A stretch of 64,000 bases of DNA, taken from the NCBI RefSeq assembly GCF_009914755.1, contig NC_060934.1; one strand, 5' to 3'. Source of the stretch: the human T2T-CHM13v2.0 reference genome, Homo sapiens. Made by a program: the position numbers and the translations under genes. Under the pieces are notes generated by a model. It searched no databases. It had not been told where the DNA came from and was given only the letters and a program-made list of their open reading frames with translations. Of the stretch, positions 62,108 through 64,000 are shown piece by piece (the first letter of the stretch is position 1; every line of letters begins with the position of its first letter).

Positions 62108-62817
62108 GATTGTTAGGACCCTTCCATCATTATTCATCTAAAAAGAAATATTTTCACCTTTTCACCATTAAGAATGACAACTGTGGCAGAATTTATGATT
62201 TGTTTTGTTTTGTTTATTTTTTAGGTATAAGTTATGTTAAGTGAATTAGTTTGAGAAGGATTTTATTAAAAATCACATGTGATATTGAATTTTATTAAAT
62301 ATTTGTCTATATCTATTGAAATAATCATATAATTTTTCTCCCTTAATCAAATACTTTAGAAAATTACGTTAACTGATGCTCAAAGTCACGCTAGCCTTGC
62401 ATTCCTGGAATACACAGACTTCATTATGATCATCCCTTTGAGATGTTGCTGGATTTGGTTTGGCAATATATTGCCTAGAATTCTTGCATTCATGATCCTA
62501 AGTGTGGTCAGCCAGTAATTTTCCTGTCTTCTACTATCCTTGGTAGGTTTTGGCATCAAGATTTTGGAAGCCTCAAATTGAGGTGAGGAGTGTTTCCTCT
62601 CCTGCTGTACTCAAGAATAGTTTGTGAAAAATTGGAATTATTTTTTCTGGACTTTCTGGTAGAACCTGCCTTTGAAACTACCTTTGCCTAGACTTTTAAG
62701 ATTGTTTTTGACTTCTGTTCGATCTCTTTGAAGCATATATTATGTTTTTAAATTTTGGGTTTGTAATGTTATATTTACTCCCTGACTACAAATTATCTCA
62801 TATAAAAAAAATTTTCG

Positions 62818-63166
<349 letters not shown>

Positions 63167-63611
63167 TCAAGCTTTTGAATGTAGAATTTTTGTTCAGGAG
63201 AATCACAGGAGCGATGAGCTAGCTCTGTCCAGAATTGAAAGCAGGTGATGACCAAAAAAAGAAAGAAGCCAGAGAACAAGGAAGATAGTTTCCAATGTTA
63301 TTGATTGTATAAATCTCAGTTCATCATCCCAAAGAAAAAAAGATTTCATGCTCCACCTACCTAACTCATCTACCAAAAAGAGAGAATCGCCCATCACTAG
63401 GCTCTTCTTTTTAACTTACTTCTGGGCAACGCAACCCCTTTTTTCTTCTCTGCATTTATTTGATTTTAAATTGCATGAGCAATTTACATTAATATTTCTC
63501 TGTAGCATTCACAGTTTTCTGCTGGATTGGTCCAGGTCCAATTTATAAGCATGGAAACTGATTTCCAAAATCAATTAAGTGGCTCCAAGGAATGAGACTG
63601 CAGAGCCAAGA

Positions 63612-63760
63612 TACGAATCTGAGAATCCTAGGATTGGAAGGGACCTCAGAAATCATTTGGTGGCTTTTGTTGTACCATTGAGAAGGTCAATAGGGAACAG
63701 CCAGTGAGGGACAGAGCCCCAGCCAGAATCAAGGGTTTGACTGCTAGGTCAGCTTCCATT
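63612..63760 (-). mobile_element. MIR3/MIRc-like fragment
   Basis: gagaatcctaggattggaagggacctcagaaatcat. Confidence 0.5.
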
Positions 63761-64000
63761 ACCCGGAGAGATTTGCCCCCAATAGGAGTCACTTCACTGT
63801 TGCTTTTTAAAGATCTTTAAGGAGGGAAATGCTTGCTTTTGTGCAAAGTGTGCATAGTGATAGTTTACAGTTTCAAATCTCTAAGTCAATAACAGGAACA
63901 TTTCCCCATATAGTGACCCTTGGTTGAAAAGGCAAGTTCAACCACTGTGGAAGACACTATGACGAGTCCTCAAAGATTTAGAACCAGAAATCTCATTTGA

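Overview
Human (primate) non-coding, repeat-rich genomic DNA with no supportable protein-coding gene. Species evidence: ~28 Alus, including a consensus-perfect human-specific AluYa5, plus L1PA/L1M, L2, MIR, MaLR/ERV1 solo LTRs and hAT/Tigger/MADE1 DNA-transposon remnants. The one recognisable gene is the MIR1265 hairpin (3622-3707, +). From memory (unverified) this places the window at chr10p13 near FRMD4A/FAM107B. The listed ORFs look like Alu, LTR, simple-repeat or chance artefacts. I found no new multi-gene system. The most interesting signals: (i) several short locally templated copies of nearby sequence, inverted or direct, at microhomology junctions (9836/11732, 17111/18906, 54601/55138, 56112/57080), plus the MIR1265 hairpin itself; (ii) an IRF + multiple NF-kB motif cluster at 58432-58549; (iii) a minus-strand THE1 LTR with intact TATA and splice donor, a candidate alternative promoter/first exon; (iv) a 21-nt unidentified retro-insertion with a 12-bp TSD; (v) a likely polymorphic AluYa5. 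Repeat subfamily names come from recalled consensus sequences and need RepeatMasker/Dfam confirmation; many boundaries are approximate.
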